From positions 15,197,903-15,261,902 of the forward strand of contig CM082577.2 in assembly GCA_040954595.2 (NCBI GenBank): 64,000 nt of DNA, read 5' to 3'. Shown piece after piece: positions 50,709 through 61,694 of this stretch (its first letter is position 1; each line of letters starts with the position of its first letter). Below the pieces are notes generated by a model. The model was not told the DNA's origin and made no database searches. It was given only the letters and a program-made list of their open reading frames with translations. A program made the position numbers and the translations under genes. Source of the DNA: Balanoglossus misakiensis. Lineage: Eukaryota; Animalia; Hemichordata.

Positions 50709-51707
50709 ATGGGGATTCTGCAATTGCCGGACGACGTACTGGTCAGAATAATGAAGTTTCTACCAACAACGAAGCTGTATTTCGACATACGACGCGTGTG
50801 TCGGAAGTTTGCGGCAATTTGCCAGTATCCTGAGGTCTGGCAAAACATAAAGCTTTCCGCCTGGTGGCCGTATCTGACTTCACCACAACTCGAAGATGTT
50901 TTATCTCGCGCAAGTAAGTCGTGCAAACAATTAGACCTATCAGAAGCTTTGATATGTACAATTGACTTAGAGAATGACGATGGCTCTTATACAAAGACTC
51001 TACAGTCTGCGGAAAAGTGCCTCGCGCATTTTGTCAGAAAGTCCACCGGTTTATCCCACTTGAGTTTAAAGGGATTACAGGTAAACGCAAAAGCGTATGG
51101 ATCCATGCATGGACCGGAGGATGGATTTGGTTTCCTCAAATCGGCCAAAAACCTGCGTTCGTTGAATCTTAGTGGAACTGCATTCTCCAATGATGATTTG
51201 GAATGGCTGACAAACAATAAACTACTTCGTGAATTGCATCTGTCAAACACAGACGTAAATTCACTTGACGGCTTCCCAAGTCTACCCAACCTGAGGAAAC
51301 TGCGTCTGAACAACTTGGACATTGCGAATAGGGATCTAGAATATTTGGGAGCGTTGACTTCACTGGAATGTTTGTCGCTTAAGGGCTGTTTTAATTTAAA
51401 GATGGATCGTTTGCCGCCCAATCCTACTTTAAGGGTTTTGAATATAAGCAGTAGTCGGGCTTGGGGAAACTACGAAATTGACGAATTGTCAATGGAATGG
51501 TTGACAAATTTCCCCAATTTGGTCGAATTTTACGCCAAGGGCCGTTACTTTAAACAAATACTGACATTTCCACGCATGACCAAGTTACAACGCATCGATC
51601 TGTGTGACCCATATCCTTTCAGAGAATATGACAAACAGTCACTGGAACACGTGTGTTCGCGTACTCCAAATGCAGAAATAATTTTCAGTTCCTGGAAGCC
51701 TTACTAA
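50709..51707 (+). CDS. Intronless F-box and leucine-rich-repeat (FBXL-type) protein
   Basis: LQLPDDVLVRIMKFL...RRVCRKF...W F-box; LxxLxL repeats (LRSLNLSGT, LRELHLSNT, LRKLRLNN); CATAAATA box at ~50645. Confidence 0.9.
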   Translation: MGILQLPDDVLVRIMKFLPTTKLYFDIRRVCRKFAAICQYPEVWQNIKLSAWWPYLTSPQLEDVLSRASKSCKQLDLSEALICTIDLENDDGSYTKTLQSAEKCLAHFVRKSTGLSHLSLKGLQVNAKAYGSMHGPEDGFGFLKSAKNLRSLNLSGTAFSNDDLEWLTNNKLLRELHLSNTDVNSLDGFPSLPNLRKLRLNNLDIANRDLEYLGALTSLECLSLKGCFNLKMDRLPPNPTLRVLNISSSRAWGNYEIDELSMEWLTNFPNLVEFYAKGRYFKQILTFPRMTKLQRIDLCDPYPFREYDKQSLEHVCSRTPNAEIIFSSWKPY

Positions 51708-51847
51708 CTTAAAACATCTGTGTATGTGTCCCGGGCGATAATTGGCTGGATAGAAACTATATTAGACTATTATCATTGACATACAATAGTATAGGCGTTT
51801 GAGTGTTTTTTTCTTTAATTTCATAACATTGTTCTTATGTATTCTGT

Positions 51848-52018
51848 GGCTAGTTACACTTTGCGAAACAGCGAAACGAAACAGGGAAACGACGAAACCA
51901 TTATTACAATAGGGGCCAGTCATCAAGACGGTGGCGTATGATTTTTTTAACGCCACCGTCTTGATGACTGGCCCCTATTTTATTAATGGTTTCGTTGTTT
52001 CGCAAAGTATAACTAGCC
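51848..52018. mobile_element. ~170 bp hairpin MITE
   Basis: GGCTAGTTACACTTTGCGAAAC...GTTTCGCAAAGTATAACTAGCC; the arm sequence also occurs at 45841 and ~48089. Confidence 0.75.
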
Positions 52019-52279
52019 TATTCATGGTCCATATACAGTAGGAATAATTAGTTGAAAGTACAACACGTAAAGTTTCTGATGTACTTTCCGCCTGACTTAA
52101 TCTTAGTATGGAACGGTTTTATTTAGTTGTAGTATTACTGTATGTATTAATAGAATAAATATAATTATTATCTACTTGAATCGCCAGATCTCCTAGCTAT
52201 TTATTCGTGTGGGCATGACAATGAATGATTGATTGATTTGAGAAAAGACAACTTTTATTTCGATATTTCACAGAAACTA

Positions 52280-53281
52280 TCAACCAGTTGCGATCATGTG
52301 ATATCGATCCTCTCGCCTAATCCGGCGAGATATATACATTCCCATAAAAACGACTGTCAGGATGTACAATGGTAATCCGACACCCACACTCAATGCGATG
52401 ATGGTGGTATGGTGTCTCTCGTTTGATTTAGATAGCTTAGTGTCAAAAATCGAGCAATCACTTTTCACAATTCGAGCACGCAACGAGCGCTCTAAATCAC
52501 CACAAGACCAATTGCCGGTTGCGTTGGCGTGGTCACATTTACAACGGCAAATGTTATAAGTACATTTATACACGGCAGACCCACGAATGTCATTTTCTGT
52601 CTGCTGACACGATTGTTCAATGTCTGTGGTCAAGTTTCTACACCTGAGTCGTAAATTCTCATTCTGATGACAAACACATGGCTCCCTAGACACGTTCAAG
52701 CTACACAATTGTTCATTTATGAGTAATGTCCAATTCCCATACTCTTTCCACAAAACTTCGCGAGAACCGCACTTTTTTGTCACATTATGGCGATTTTCAA
52801 CCCACACGTCGATTTTACTATCGCGTGCCTGGTTTGTGCACAAATTTGGAATCAATTTGACTCGGATAGGTTTCCGTTTCACATCTCGGCATACTGGGAA
52901 ACCATCTGTACACACACACCTACAAAAAGCCAAATTGCATAGAAATGTTTCGATTCCTCTGTCGTTCGATAATATGGAACAATTCCCCTTGATGTCGTCG
53001 GGTAATAACCTGCAAAGTGGGGTCGTTGTTGAGTTGCCATCGAGCTCCAGGCATGAACATTGATCGATCGGATGCCCGAAATCACATGCTGGCGTGTCAA
53101 GTGTTCTTGTCCACACTCCGCGCCATTTCCATAATATAGTATAATGGATACATTCTTGGCCCAAATGTTGCGTTGCACTCCCAGAGTTGGAGATGCCAGG
53201 TGGCTGCATCACATCCGAATCTCCGGAGGCGCAATATCTCATAAACCAGATCGCTAACAGCACCTGGATTAAGATGCACAT
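52280..53281 (-). CDS. Type I membrane glycoprotein with two tandem Cys-rich domains
   Basis: Signal peptide; repeats ILWKWRGVWT...CRCVC and VLWKEYGNWT...CRCKC; N-x-S/T sites; C-terminal TM segment and basic tail. Confidence 0.82.
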   Translation of the reverse strand: MCILIQVLLAIWFMRYCASGDSDVMQPPGISNSGSATQHLGQECIHYTILWKWRGVWTRTLDTPACDFGHPIDQCSCLELDGNSTTTPLCRLLPDDIKGNCSILSNDRGIETFLCNLAFCRCVCTDGFPVCRDVKRKPIRVKLIPNLCTNQARDSKIDVWVENRHNVTKKCGSREVLWKEYGNWTLLINEQLCSLNVSREPCVCHQNENLRLRCRNLTTDIEQSCQQTENDIRGSAVYKCTYNICRCKCDHANATGNWSCGDLERSLRARIVKSDCSIFDTKLSKSNERHHTTIIALSVGVGLPLYILTVVFMGMYISRRIRREDRYHMIATG

Positions 53282-54339
53282 TATGCGTGTGTGCTGACAG
53301 AGTGTCCGCTATATCATTAATGATTACTTTTTAAACTTGCGCTATGGGTAATTCTTTTTGTTTTCGTCAACTCATTTGTGGTGGCTTAACAAGTCGCCGT
53401 AGCTGTCACTTTGACTATGTATATTCACATATCCCTCTGGAGAGGGGGCGGCGGGAGAATTGAGGGGCGGGATTTTAAACGGTTGAGGGTATGTAAGGGG
53501 GGGGGGAGATTTTAAATAATATTTACTTGGAGTCCACGAAAATGCAGTTTCGCACTGTTCCCCAACACAGAATACTAAAAAAATAAAAACAATGTTCAGC
53601 TTTAAAACCTACTGATGAGGGGAAACATCAGTTTAAAATTCTTTTCATGGGAGTGCTGTTTTTCTTTTTGACAAGATAGATAGGTGACGTGAAATAAGGT
53701 TGGGGGGAGGGGATTTCAGAATGTTGGCAGTTCGGAAGGGGGTTTTCAACATATTTTTGGTTGTGAAAATTAGCAGTAACAAACATTGAATTATCCCACC
53801 CCCAAATATGTTTGTGAATGAAGCATTAAACAAGGGTTTCTGTAGCGGACGGTTCTGTGAAGGTCACGCAAGCCGGTTACATAACGGAAATCCCGTGTGA
53901 CCGCCACATAAACGGCACAGTCAGGGCTGACTTAAAACCCCGGTGCGGAAAGTGCCGGGGTTCGGATTAACGTGTGTTTGTATAGTTGTTTATTTGGGAG
54001 TGGTCGTCGTGCATAATGACTGTGTAATTGCTCTCATGTACACAGAAAATAATTGAACACTTCACACTTCTACGCGATTGACAACTGTTTGAATGGCGTG
54101 GTTATTGTTTCCCAGGGACGCTTCTGAAAAGCACTGAAACCAGATTTCTCCCAAAATCATCGTTGTTTCATAAGCTCGTGTTCTTTTTCGTCGATAACTG
54201 TATGTTGTGCGTGTTTATAAAGCCAACTACTGTCGTTGTGTGGTGTAATTCTTTATGCTTGGACCTGTTTGGGCCGATTCTCATAGAGCCGAGATCGTTG
54301 GCCCGCACCGGGGTTTAAACACAACTTTCATATCATGAC

Positions 54340-55578
54340 TCATTCGGGCCATGTTAACAAGTCGTCGCAGCTGTCACTTTGAGCAGAGGAGAGTCCTCTG
54401 GTAACAATATCTTCATCAGAAAATCCGCTGGAGCTCGAATCATCTCCTTGATCGACGTCGTCAGAAAATGTGTAAAAGATCTCCTTGGGTAGAACCAAAG
54501 AATAAAGAATATCATTGTGTGTATTGCCGTACGCAATTATCTTATATTCAAGATTGACAATAAACTGCCTGGGACTCGACAAGTTGTGATCGTAATATTT
54601 GTTGAGCGAGAGTGATAATTTTTTGCCTCTGATATCATTAACGCCACTATCAAGGCATAGACGTTCCATCCAGGCAACAAATAAAGTGATCGCTTTGAAC
54701 GGTATAACCAAAGCAACACATTCTCCCTTGGCATCATGCCGCGTGGGGAAATCTCGGAATCCTGTCCGACTATTCTCTTCTAAGAGTTTCCCATCGAAAG
54801 CTTTGTCTAAGGATCTTTTGACATTACTATTCAAAACAGCGTGAATAAGCATAGTCTGCAGATCATCAAATTGGTATCTGTCATGAGTGTTAATCAAGAC
54901 TTTTAGCTGGCCATCTTCACTGCAAATTTTGTGACGGGAGAAATCACTTGTGTCCACCGAGAATCCTTTCTGATTCAACAAGAAATGCAGTGGTGACCCA
55001 ACGAAATTAAATGTGTTTGTCTCCTTGATTTTGCCCTCTTCTTGGCCATAAAACAACCCTCGTGTGAGAATGTTTGATATGATGCCGTGACTGGATATAT
55101 GCATTACGTCATTCGACGTAACCAATATACCTCGTCCGGCGGCAGTCTTATTTCTGATCATGTATTCTGGAAATAACGTTGTCTTGTTACCAGTTGCTGC
55201 CGGAATTACGAGTGCCTTATTACAACCGCTAGAATCCGCCAAGCAAACTGACCAAGTGTACATGTAATTGTCATAGTCTCGGTTGACAGATTCCTGGAGT
55301 CGCACATCGGCCTTTTCTAGTACCCACCATTTTGGCAAGGGGCCATCTGTAAAATCCTCTCCTACATCGTCACCAGAAATTATTACATCTCTAGAAGATA
55401 TTGACGTATTACTGACCGTGTGCTCACTCCATTTCTCCTTATCAATACCACCGACGCGGTACGAGTAGCTCCTTTCACTGTCACTTGTTTCAAATGCTGT
55501 GAAAGGAGTGTTCGCCGTTACCACTAGGGAACGCGAGATTGACCTATGTACCCACCTATTCGCTTTGACGTAGGCCAT
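54340..55578 (-). CDS. Hypothetical 412 aa protein with acidic C-terminal tail
   Basis: Long clean ORF, ATCATGG start context, GATATATTTAA box ~30 bp upstream; family not recognised. Confidence 0.78.
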   Translation of the reverse strand: MAYVKANRWVHRSISRSLVVTANTPFTAFETSDSERSYSYRVGGIDKEKWSEHTVSNTSISSRDVIISGDDVGEDFTDGPLPKWWVLEKADVRLQESVNRDYDNYMYTWSVCLADSSGCNKALVIPAATGNKTTLFPEYMIRNKTAAGRGILVTSNDVMHISSHGIISNILTRGLFYGQEEGKIKETNTFNFVGSPLHFLLNQKGFSVDTSDFSRHKICSEDGQLKVLINTHDRYQFDDLQTMLIHAVLNSNVKRSLDKAFDGKLLEENSRTGFRDFPTRHDAKGECVALVIPFKAITLFVAWMERLCLDSGVNDIRGKKLSLSLNKYYDHNLSSPRQFIVNLEYKIIAYGNTHNDILYSLVLPKEIFYTFSDDVDQGDDSSSSGFSDEDIVTRGLSSAQSDSCDDLLTWPE

Positions 55579-55716
55579 GATTTATACGGAGCAACCCCAT
55601 CAACTTAAATATATCCGTTTCATATCAATGAATGACACTCGATCGTCATGTTTGCACATTTAATCCAAACTGTACGTTTTGGATAACAAAAACTCACATG
55701 AATTTGTCATACAGTC

Positions 55717-56759
55717 CAGGGATCGTGTTAACGCAGAATTCCGCGTCCGGGACGCAAGCTTTTTTGCTGTGATGTCTGCGTCCGGGGAACCCCAGCTGAG
55801 CGCACACTGCAGTAATTAATGATCGTCTTGTAATTTTAAATTGTTTATTCAAAAACGCTTTTACGGCTTGCTAATCCAGAAGAATGACACTTGTAAACAA
55901 AAACAAAGTGTGAAATAATCATTTGACTAAAGCATGTTAGAGTTTTCCTGACAACAAAAGAAAAACTGGCTTCGTTTTTTCTTTGGCAGGTCCGCCAATT
56001 GCCTTGTCAACAAGTTGTGAACGATGTGTCATTAATTAGGGGCCGATGTCGAGAGCGGGTGGTCGCGCGCGATCGCGGGACGTACCCATGCAGCCGGCCG
56101 ACTGCATCGAGCGGTGGACCCGATGTACCGCGCACGGTCAATCGAACGCGCGTGACCTTGTTTTCGACAGTTCAGCGGGTGTCTTTGTTGACTCTCTGTG
56201 TTTGATTTCCGCAAAAAAAGAAAATTTCTCGCTTTTGATTATGCTTTTTACAGCCTGTCTATCTTCATTGGTGTACATGTAATCCTTTCACCCGTTTTCG
56301 CTTGAAAATCTTTGATTTATCCGACTCCATGTAGCTGGACTGGGTTAAATATGGGGGCAAAACTCGTCACTCTGACAATGATAGCTATGCATCGCTTCCT
56401 CACTGTGGTTCCCCGTATAAACACAGGGGGCTCTCCCTCCGCGATTTTATTGTTTGTTTGTTATTGTTGTTGTTATTGATTGGCAAAATCTTTTTCTCAA
56501 GCTATGTCAAACTTCAATGAACAGAAAGCCAGAAGGAAATTACTTTATAATAAAAAATGAAACGTTCATAGAAAATGAAAATAAATGTGGAAATACGCTT
56601 AAATTGTGATGTTGACTTCGCCAGTAAGTGTGTGGCGAGTACGTATGTGTTATAATATATTGAAAAAATGGGGACCCACAAAAATATTTAGGGACCCCTG
56701 ATTTTCACAAGGAAGGGGTCCCAGGGACCCCAAGATTTTGAGGCCTAGCGCAATCCCTG
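55717..56759. mobile_element. Probable hAT-like non-autonomous element
   Basis: CAGGGAT...ATCCCTG termini and gggaccc subterminal repeats; TSD not clean. Confidence 0.5.
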
Positions 56760-57122
56760 AATACACGTATATCCCCGCACCAGAATAAAGGCTGTTCCCA
56801 TTATTGACCACCCTCCCCTTATATGACATGCAACTATTGGCAAGGCGGGGGCATGACGGTGATCTTCTATGAATTGTCTATCTCCCCCCCCCCTCCCCTC
56901 AACCTCCTTGCCGGGTGAGATAATCGTGCTCACACGTCAGTTTAGTAACAGCGCGTTTAACAGAGATTTCTCATATGTATTCAGTTCTATTGTCAACTAT
57001 AACTGATTCGATCTCCGTCACATGTTTGTAGTCTCAATTTTCAAACTATTGGAAGGGCTCTTTGCTAACAAGCGTGTATTGGAAATATGTCAAATACAAT
57101 ACTAATATACTGTAATATAAGA

Positions 57123-57596
57123 CTAGATGCATAGACGGACACTCCAGTGAAGATTATCATCACATATTATGTACAGGTACATATGTAACCCCTTGGTGAG
57201 TTCCACGTTAAAATCTGCATGACAGAAAGATGAGTTTTGTTTACTGCACATTGTCGACGAAATTGCATCGGGAGGAGAGATTAATTCTATCACGCATCGT
57301 TCAGCGACAATATCTGGTCTAAACGTGACCTTTATAGCCCACAGGTAGACATTGCAGATTGCTTGTACACCCACAGATTCAACGAAAGGGCCAAGTTTGT
57401 CCGGAATGAACATCCACTCTGGTTTCACCGTATCTGTGGTCGCTCCTTGTCTCACGGGAGTCAATACAGGGACAGACAAGACGCACGTGACAAAAAGGCA
57501 CCCCACAAAATACACCAAACAAGCAACTTTAGTCCCGTCCGACTTCACTGGTTCATCGTCCAGTAAACGGGTGATGAAATCTTCATCTTCCTCCAT
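57123..57596 (-). CDS. Small type II-like membrane protein
   Basis: Acidic N-terminus, one hydrophobic segment, Cys-containing C-terminal part; divergent from the 57655 gene with a 58 bp gap. Confidence 0.65.
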   Translation of the reverse strand: MEEDEDFITRLLDDEPVKSDGTKVACLVYFVGCLFVTCVLSVPVLTPVRQGATTDTVKPEWMFIPDKLGPFVESVGVQAICNVYLWAIKVTFRPDIVAERCVIELISPPDAISSTMCSKQNSSFCHADFNVELTKGLHMYLYIICDDNLHWSVRLCI

Positions 57597-57654
57597 TTCA
57601 CGCAGTTACAGGGAGGAGATATGTTAATGTATTTTAATACATAGTGACAACGTC

Positions 57655-58140
57655 ATGGAGAGATTTCTTGTAATATTTACAACGTGTTTCATGGTCGCCT
57701 TGTCTGCAGAATTGCCAACCGTGTTAGTAGGTGATTTGTACGTCGGCTTATCACCTATATTTTATCCGAGTGCGTGTATTAATGAGAGTGGTGCAAGTTG
57801 TTTGCGTGAAATAAATGGATTGGTGTATGTAGACTGCGACAGACGGCTATGCGAACGCCCCTTTTCGCTCTCTCGTTGCACTGGGCAACAACCAGGCTAT
57901 AATAAGGGTGACCACGGAGAAGTTTGGGTGGAACCGGATAAGGGGTGTCGCTTTCTCGGAGGTTACTGCGCTTACACGGGTCGCAACAATCTTGTCGGCA
58001 TTTGTGTTCCGGCGTGGAAAAGGGACGTCGACCAACGTTTATTTCCTAAGTTGGTACCTCGTAATAGTATATGTCTAAGCAAATGTGACACGGATGTAGA
58101 ACTATGGGGTGGTGACGCATCATTCTGTACTTGTGGTTAA
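57655..58140 (+). CDS. Secreted Cys-rich protein
   Basis: Signal peptide MERFLVIFTTCFMVALSA and about 12 Cys in the mature part. Confidence 0.72.
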   Translation: MERFLVIFTTCFMVALSAELPTVLVGDLYVGLSPIFYPSACINESGASCLREINGLVYVDCDRRLCERPFSLSRCTGQQPGYNKGDHGEVWVEPDKGCRFLGGYCAYTGRNNLVGICVPAWKRDVDQRLFPKLVPRNSICLSKCDTDVELWGGDASFCTCG

Positions 58141-58256
58141 TGTCATCCTTCCAATTGTCGCCCACACGTAACGTCCTCTAACCCAATCTATTATTGACGA
58201 TTTATCGGTATTATTAACATGCTCAGAGGTTGAACAGAACGAAACGACTAGTTGAT

Positions 58257-59489
58257 ATGACAGTTATGTTTATCGTAACTGTCTTTTTACTGCATTGTTT
58301 ATGTTTATCCCAAACATTTTCATATATCTGTACAGAAGATCACAGCCATTGTGCAGGTCCTATCACCGAGTTAATGCGCGCATTCGATGTTGAATACTCA
58401 CTAACGGCATACCATCTAATTCCGGCAGACAATGAGGAAGTGTCTTGTAAACACTTTTCTACAGCGTTAGAATGTACTTGCACAAGCAGCGATGTCGTTA
58501 TTCATTATCCTGCGGATCACCTGATAACACTCCAGCGGAAAAACGACGACGTAATCACGGTTCTACCAGGATGTAATTCGACGTTTCGGATAGTCATAAC
58601 TGATCCCATGCTATCCGCAGATAGCGCCACCATGGGGCAAGAACCATACTGGTTGCGTGGGCCAGCCTGCGGATTGTTTGTAATACAGCGAGGCAACATA
58701 GTTTTGAAAGACATCACCGTTGACAACTCGGTTTGCATGCAAACCCTTGAAATTGAATACGGGTGTTGGCACAGGGTCGAGTCTGCGGCCATATTTGTTA
58801 CGGGGTTACATATAGTTTCTGATATTAAACTCAGTAATCTGAAAGTGGTGACGTCCGATAGAGATGGGAAGGAATGGAACGTCCCTCCTTTGCTCGCATA
58901 TTTTGCGAGTTCGTCCGCGTTTGAGGTTCTTCGTTTGCAAAATATTACCATTGACGAGATAGCGAACGTGTCAGTCAAATTTGAACAGTGCGTTGGCCAA
59001 GCACATGTAGGCACTAAGCACGGCGCCGAAGCTACTGTTGTCGTAGAATATTTTCCCCTTCTTGACACAAAACCATTGATTGTAGATACTCCTGTTACTA
59101 GAATTTTTGATATGTCCCAATGGCTAGGACCCACTCTCTTGTACAAAATATACGCAGACTATCGGCGCCAAGATCGAAACGAATGGACACTTTACTTGTT
59201 TGGTGCATTAATAGTGATTGCTATTACGTTCGTTGTTATTCAGATTACTATATGGTTTTGCAGGGTCGACTCTGGCAGTCACCCAGGAGATATTTACGAC
59301 GCATTAGGAGCAGTTGCTATGGACAAATTAAAACAACGCAAGAAGCGTAGACACCAACACGAGACCAAAAACTCTCATTACAACAAATATTCTGACTTTC
59401 GCAAATTGTATCATTCGTCTGACGAGGATGACGCAAATCGAGTTGTGTTTGACCAGTCACAGAGATTTTTACACAATGATAGACTATAG
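58257..59489 (+). CDS. Type I membrane glycoprotein
   Basis: Signal peptide from the ATG at 58257, Cys-containing ectodomain, TM LYLFGALIVIAITFVVIQITIWF, charged tail; AATAAA at ~59578. Confidence 0.8.
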   Translation: MTVMFIVTVFLLHCLCLSQTFSYICTEDHSHCAGPITELMRAFDVEYSLTAYHLIPADNEEVSCKHFSTALECTCTSSDVVIHYPADHLITLQRKNDDVITVLPGCNSTFRIVITDPMLSADSATMGQEPYWLRGPACGLFVIQRGNIVLKDITVDNSVCMQTLEIEYGCWHRVESAAIFVTGLHIVSDIKLSNLKVVTSDRDGKEWNVPPLLAYFASSSAFEVLRLQNITIDEIANVSVKFEQCVGQAHVGTKHGAEATVVVEYFPLLDTKPLIVDTPVTRIFDMSQWLGPTLLYKIYADYRRQDRNEWTLYLFGALIVIAITFVVIQITIWFCRVDSGSHPGDIYDALGAVAMDKLKQRKKRRHQHETKNSHYNKYSDFRKLYHSSDEDDANRVVFDQSQRFLHNDRL

Positions 59490-59691
59490 ACAAACGCAAA
59501 ATACATACAATTAAATTACAGCTAGACCGGTTTTGGTAATATTTGACACACTTTTATTTCCACCTTTGATACAACACAATAAACCTGACGTAGGTAATAT
59601 TTCCACTCAATTTGTCTGCTTGTTTCTTCGCATATACACACGGCGATCCCTGTTGAATATTTGGTCCCAAGGGTTGTTGTTGTTGTATCAA

Positions 59692-60831
59692 CTACTCCGA
59701 GTCCGAAATACACTCCCATGAATTTGTAGGCGAATCGTCCGTTGCGTCGTTAGTGGGCTTGAGTTGGTAATCATTCAACTATATACATAAGGAATAAAAT
59801 TAACATGGTCAAAATGGGTGATGTAGTGTATTGACACACTCACAAAAATGTATTTTGGCAATTACTATACCTGGCGCATACAGTCTTGTAATTTATCCTT
59901 GCATTGGTCAAGTTCTGTGAAGGTAGCATGTTTTTCACGCTCAGCCCTCAACAATTGTCTCCTGAGTAAATCTAATTCGTTTTGCATGGACTCGCACAGT
60001 GGCTGTAAATCATCCTTTACCGATTGTCGTGGTTCCTCTACCTATATAGAAAATGTATATGAATGGTGAGACGACTACGGGAAATTATATGCAAGAGAAA
60101 TACTACACTGATAAGTAACAATGACAGTCTGTATTCACCCGTTGTTGTTTTTGTAGTATGTTGTTATCTTCCAGAATCTGTTGTCTTTCACGTTTAAGAT
60201 CATCGATCTGAGCCTCTAGAGATTTTATCAGAGTTTTGGTGGCGCGAGAGTATGTAGTCAGTTCAGTTGTGGTACAGTCGTTTTTCATAGTCAGAGAGTG
60301 TATCTGGTCCGCTGCAAACTCTTTGTACTTTATCAACTGTTTGTTTTCTTCGTCCATTTCCTTAGCATTAGCCTCGTACTTTGCGGCCTGTTTATGCAAT
60401 TGTTCTATTTGTTTGACAGTAGACGATTTAAATTTGAGAAGATCGCGAATTTGTTTCTCTAAAACCTGATTGCGTTTTCCCAGAGTGGCGACTGCTTCAT
60501 CGACATCATTTCTTTCTTGTTGGTCAAAGTTCTGCCCATGCTGGTGTTGGTCAATGATTTTATCCTGTAGCGTCTCAATGAGTTTTCTCAAAGATTGAAC
60601 TCGTTCTCTTTCAGCCAGTAGTTCATTTAGCTGTGGTTGTTCGTCAGTCTTCTGCGACTGCAGGTGTTTAATTGTCATCTGCATATGTTCTACATCTCGT
60701 AGCCTGTCTTTGTCGTGAGTCGCTCTAATTTTCATCGCGATGCCTAAGTCGGTCGTCACTTCTTTCAATTTAGTGATCAAACCGTTTATATTATCTACGT
60801 TATGTGCTGGAGACTGTCGTGCGTTCGCCAT
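59692..60831 (-). CDS. Coiled-coil protein, 3 exons (60831-60139, 60041-59871, 59778-59692), ~316 aa
   Basis: Heptad-rich; two phase-0 GT-AG introns keep the frame; minus-strand AATAAA at ~59553; GATATATAAG box upstream. Confidence 0.75.
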
Positions 60832-60916
60832 GGCTGGTTATCTGCGAGGTGACTACACCATCACGCTTATATATCATCGAAATGGCATTTGTTTAACACA
60901 AGCACGTTAACTGTTC

Positions 60917-61029
60917 TAGACTCTCTCACAGCCGTTTGGCAAGAGAGAAACACCTTCTGGTGTTGTGGACACACATGCAATCAGACTATGAGCCTGCATG
61001 GACGGCGAGAGGGGCTGTGAGAGAGTCTA
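60917..61029. mobile_element. Tiny TIR element with TAG...CTA termini (Academ-like)
   Basis: TAGACTCTCTCACAGCC...GGCTGTGAGAGAGTCTA. Confidence 0.6.
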
Positions 61030-61154
61030 TATACATGTAATCAGAGATCTGCCCACGGTGGTCGGCGCCGGTCGCGCGCGACCGGCACTCTCAGGCCGAG
61101 ACCAGAACAAAAAGGTCGCGACCATTGCTATTGTTCGCTGTGATACACGCACTT

Positions 61155-61345
61155 TGGCGTGAGAAATTTTCTTTTTCGGCGGAAATCAAACACATGGGAC
61201 CAGAGAGTCCACAAAGACAGCCGCTAAACTGTCGATAACAAGGTCGCACGCGTTCGACTGACCGTGCGCGGTACATCGGGTCTACAGCTGGATGCAGCCG
61301 GCTGGGTCCCGCGATCGCGCGCGACCATCCACTCTTGAGATCGAC
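61155..61345. repeat. Inverted, diverged copy of 56047-56232
   Basis: Reverse complement matches ggtcgcgcgcgatcgcgggac...gatgtaccgcgcacggtca...tttgatttccgc...agaaaatttctc. Confidence 0.85.
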
Positions 61346-61694
61346 TCCAAAGTCGTTGTCACGGTCGGGATTGCTAATGGCCTCGATCGGTATAAAATTG
61401 TAGTCAATGAAACCCCAAAAATCGTCATCATTGTTGATGTGGCTGTCATGAAAATGTCCAGCGAAAAATTTGCTGTCTTCCGGGTTTACAAAGCAAAGGA
61501 AAGACGCATACTGTCAAAGGTCACGTAATTAGGTCATGTCGACAACGCTTACATCGAGCTCATGAATAGTAATAATCTCATTAATATGCATGAGCCCGAC
61601 AACCACTTCGTTTTGGCTCGGCAAAACCCTGTCATGTTCATGTGATACCAAATGTCGTAATATTAACGTACAGTTTGACTAAAAGGGATAAACC

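Noticed and set aside
53610-53635. Hammerhead ribozyme core (CTGATGAG...GAAAC)
   Set aside because: No stem II; the sequence forms a simple ACTGATG/CATCAGT hairpin.
58517-59146. 209 aa antisense ORF and similar shadow ORFs
   Set aside because: Fully overlaps a better-supported gene on the other strand and shows no motifs.
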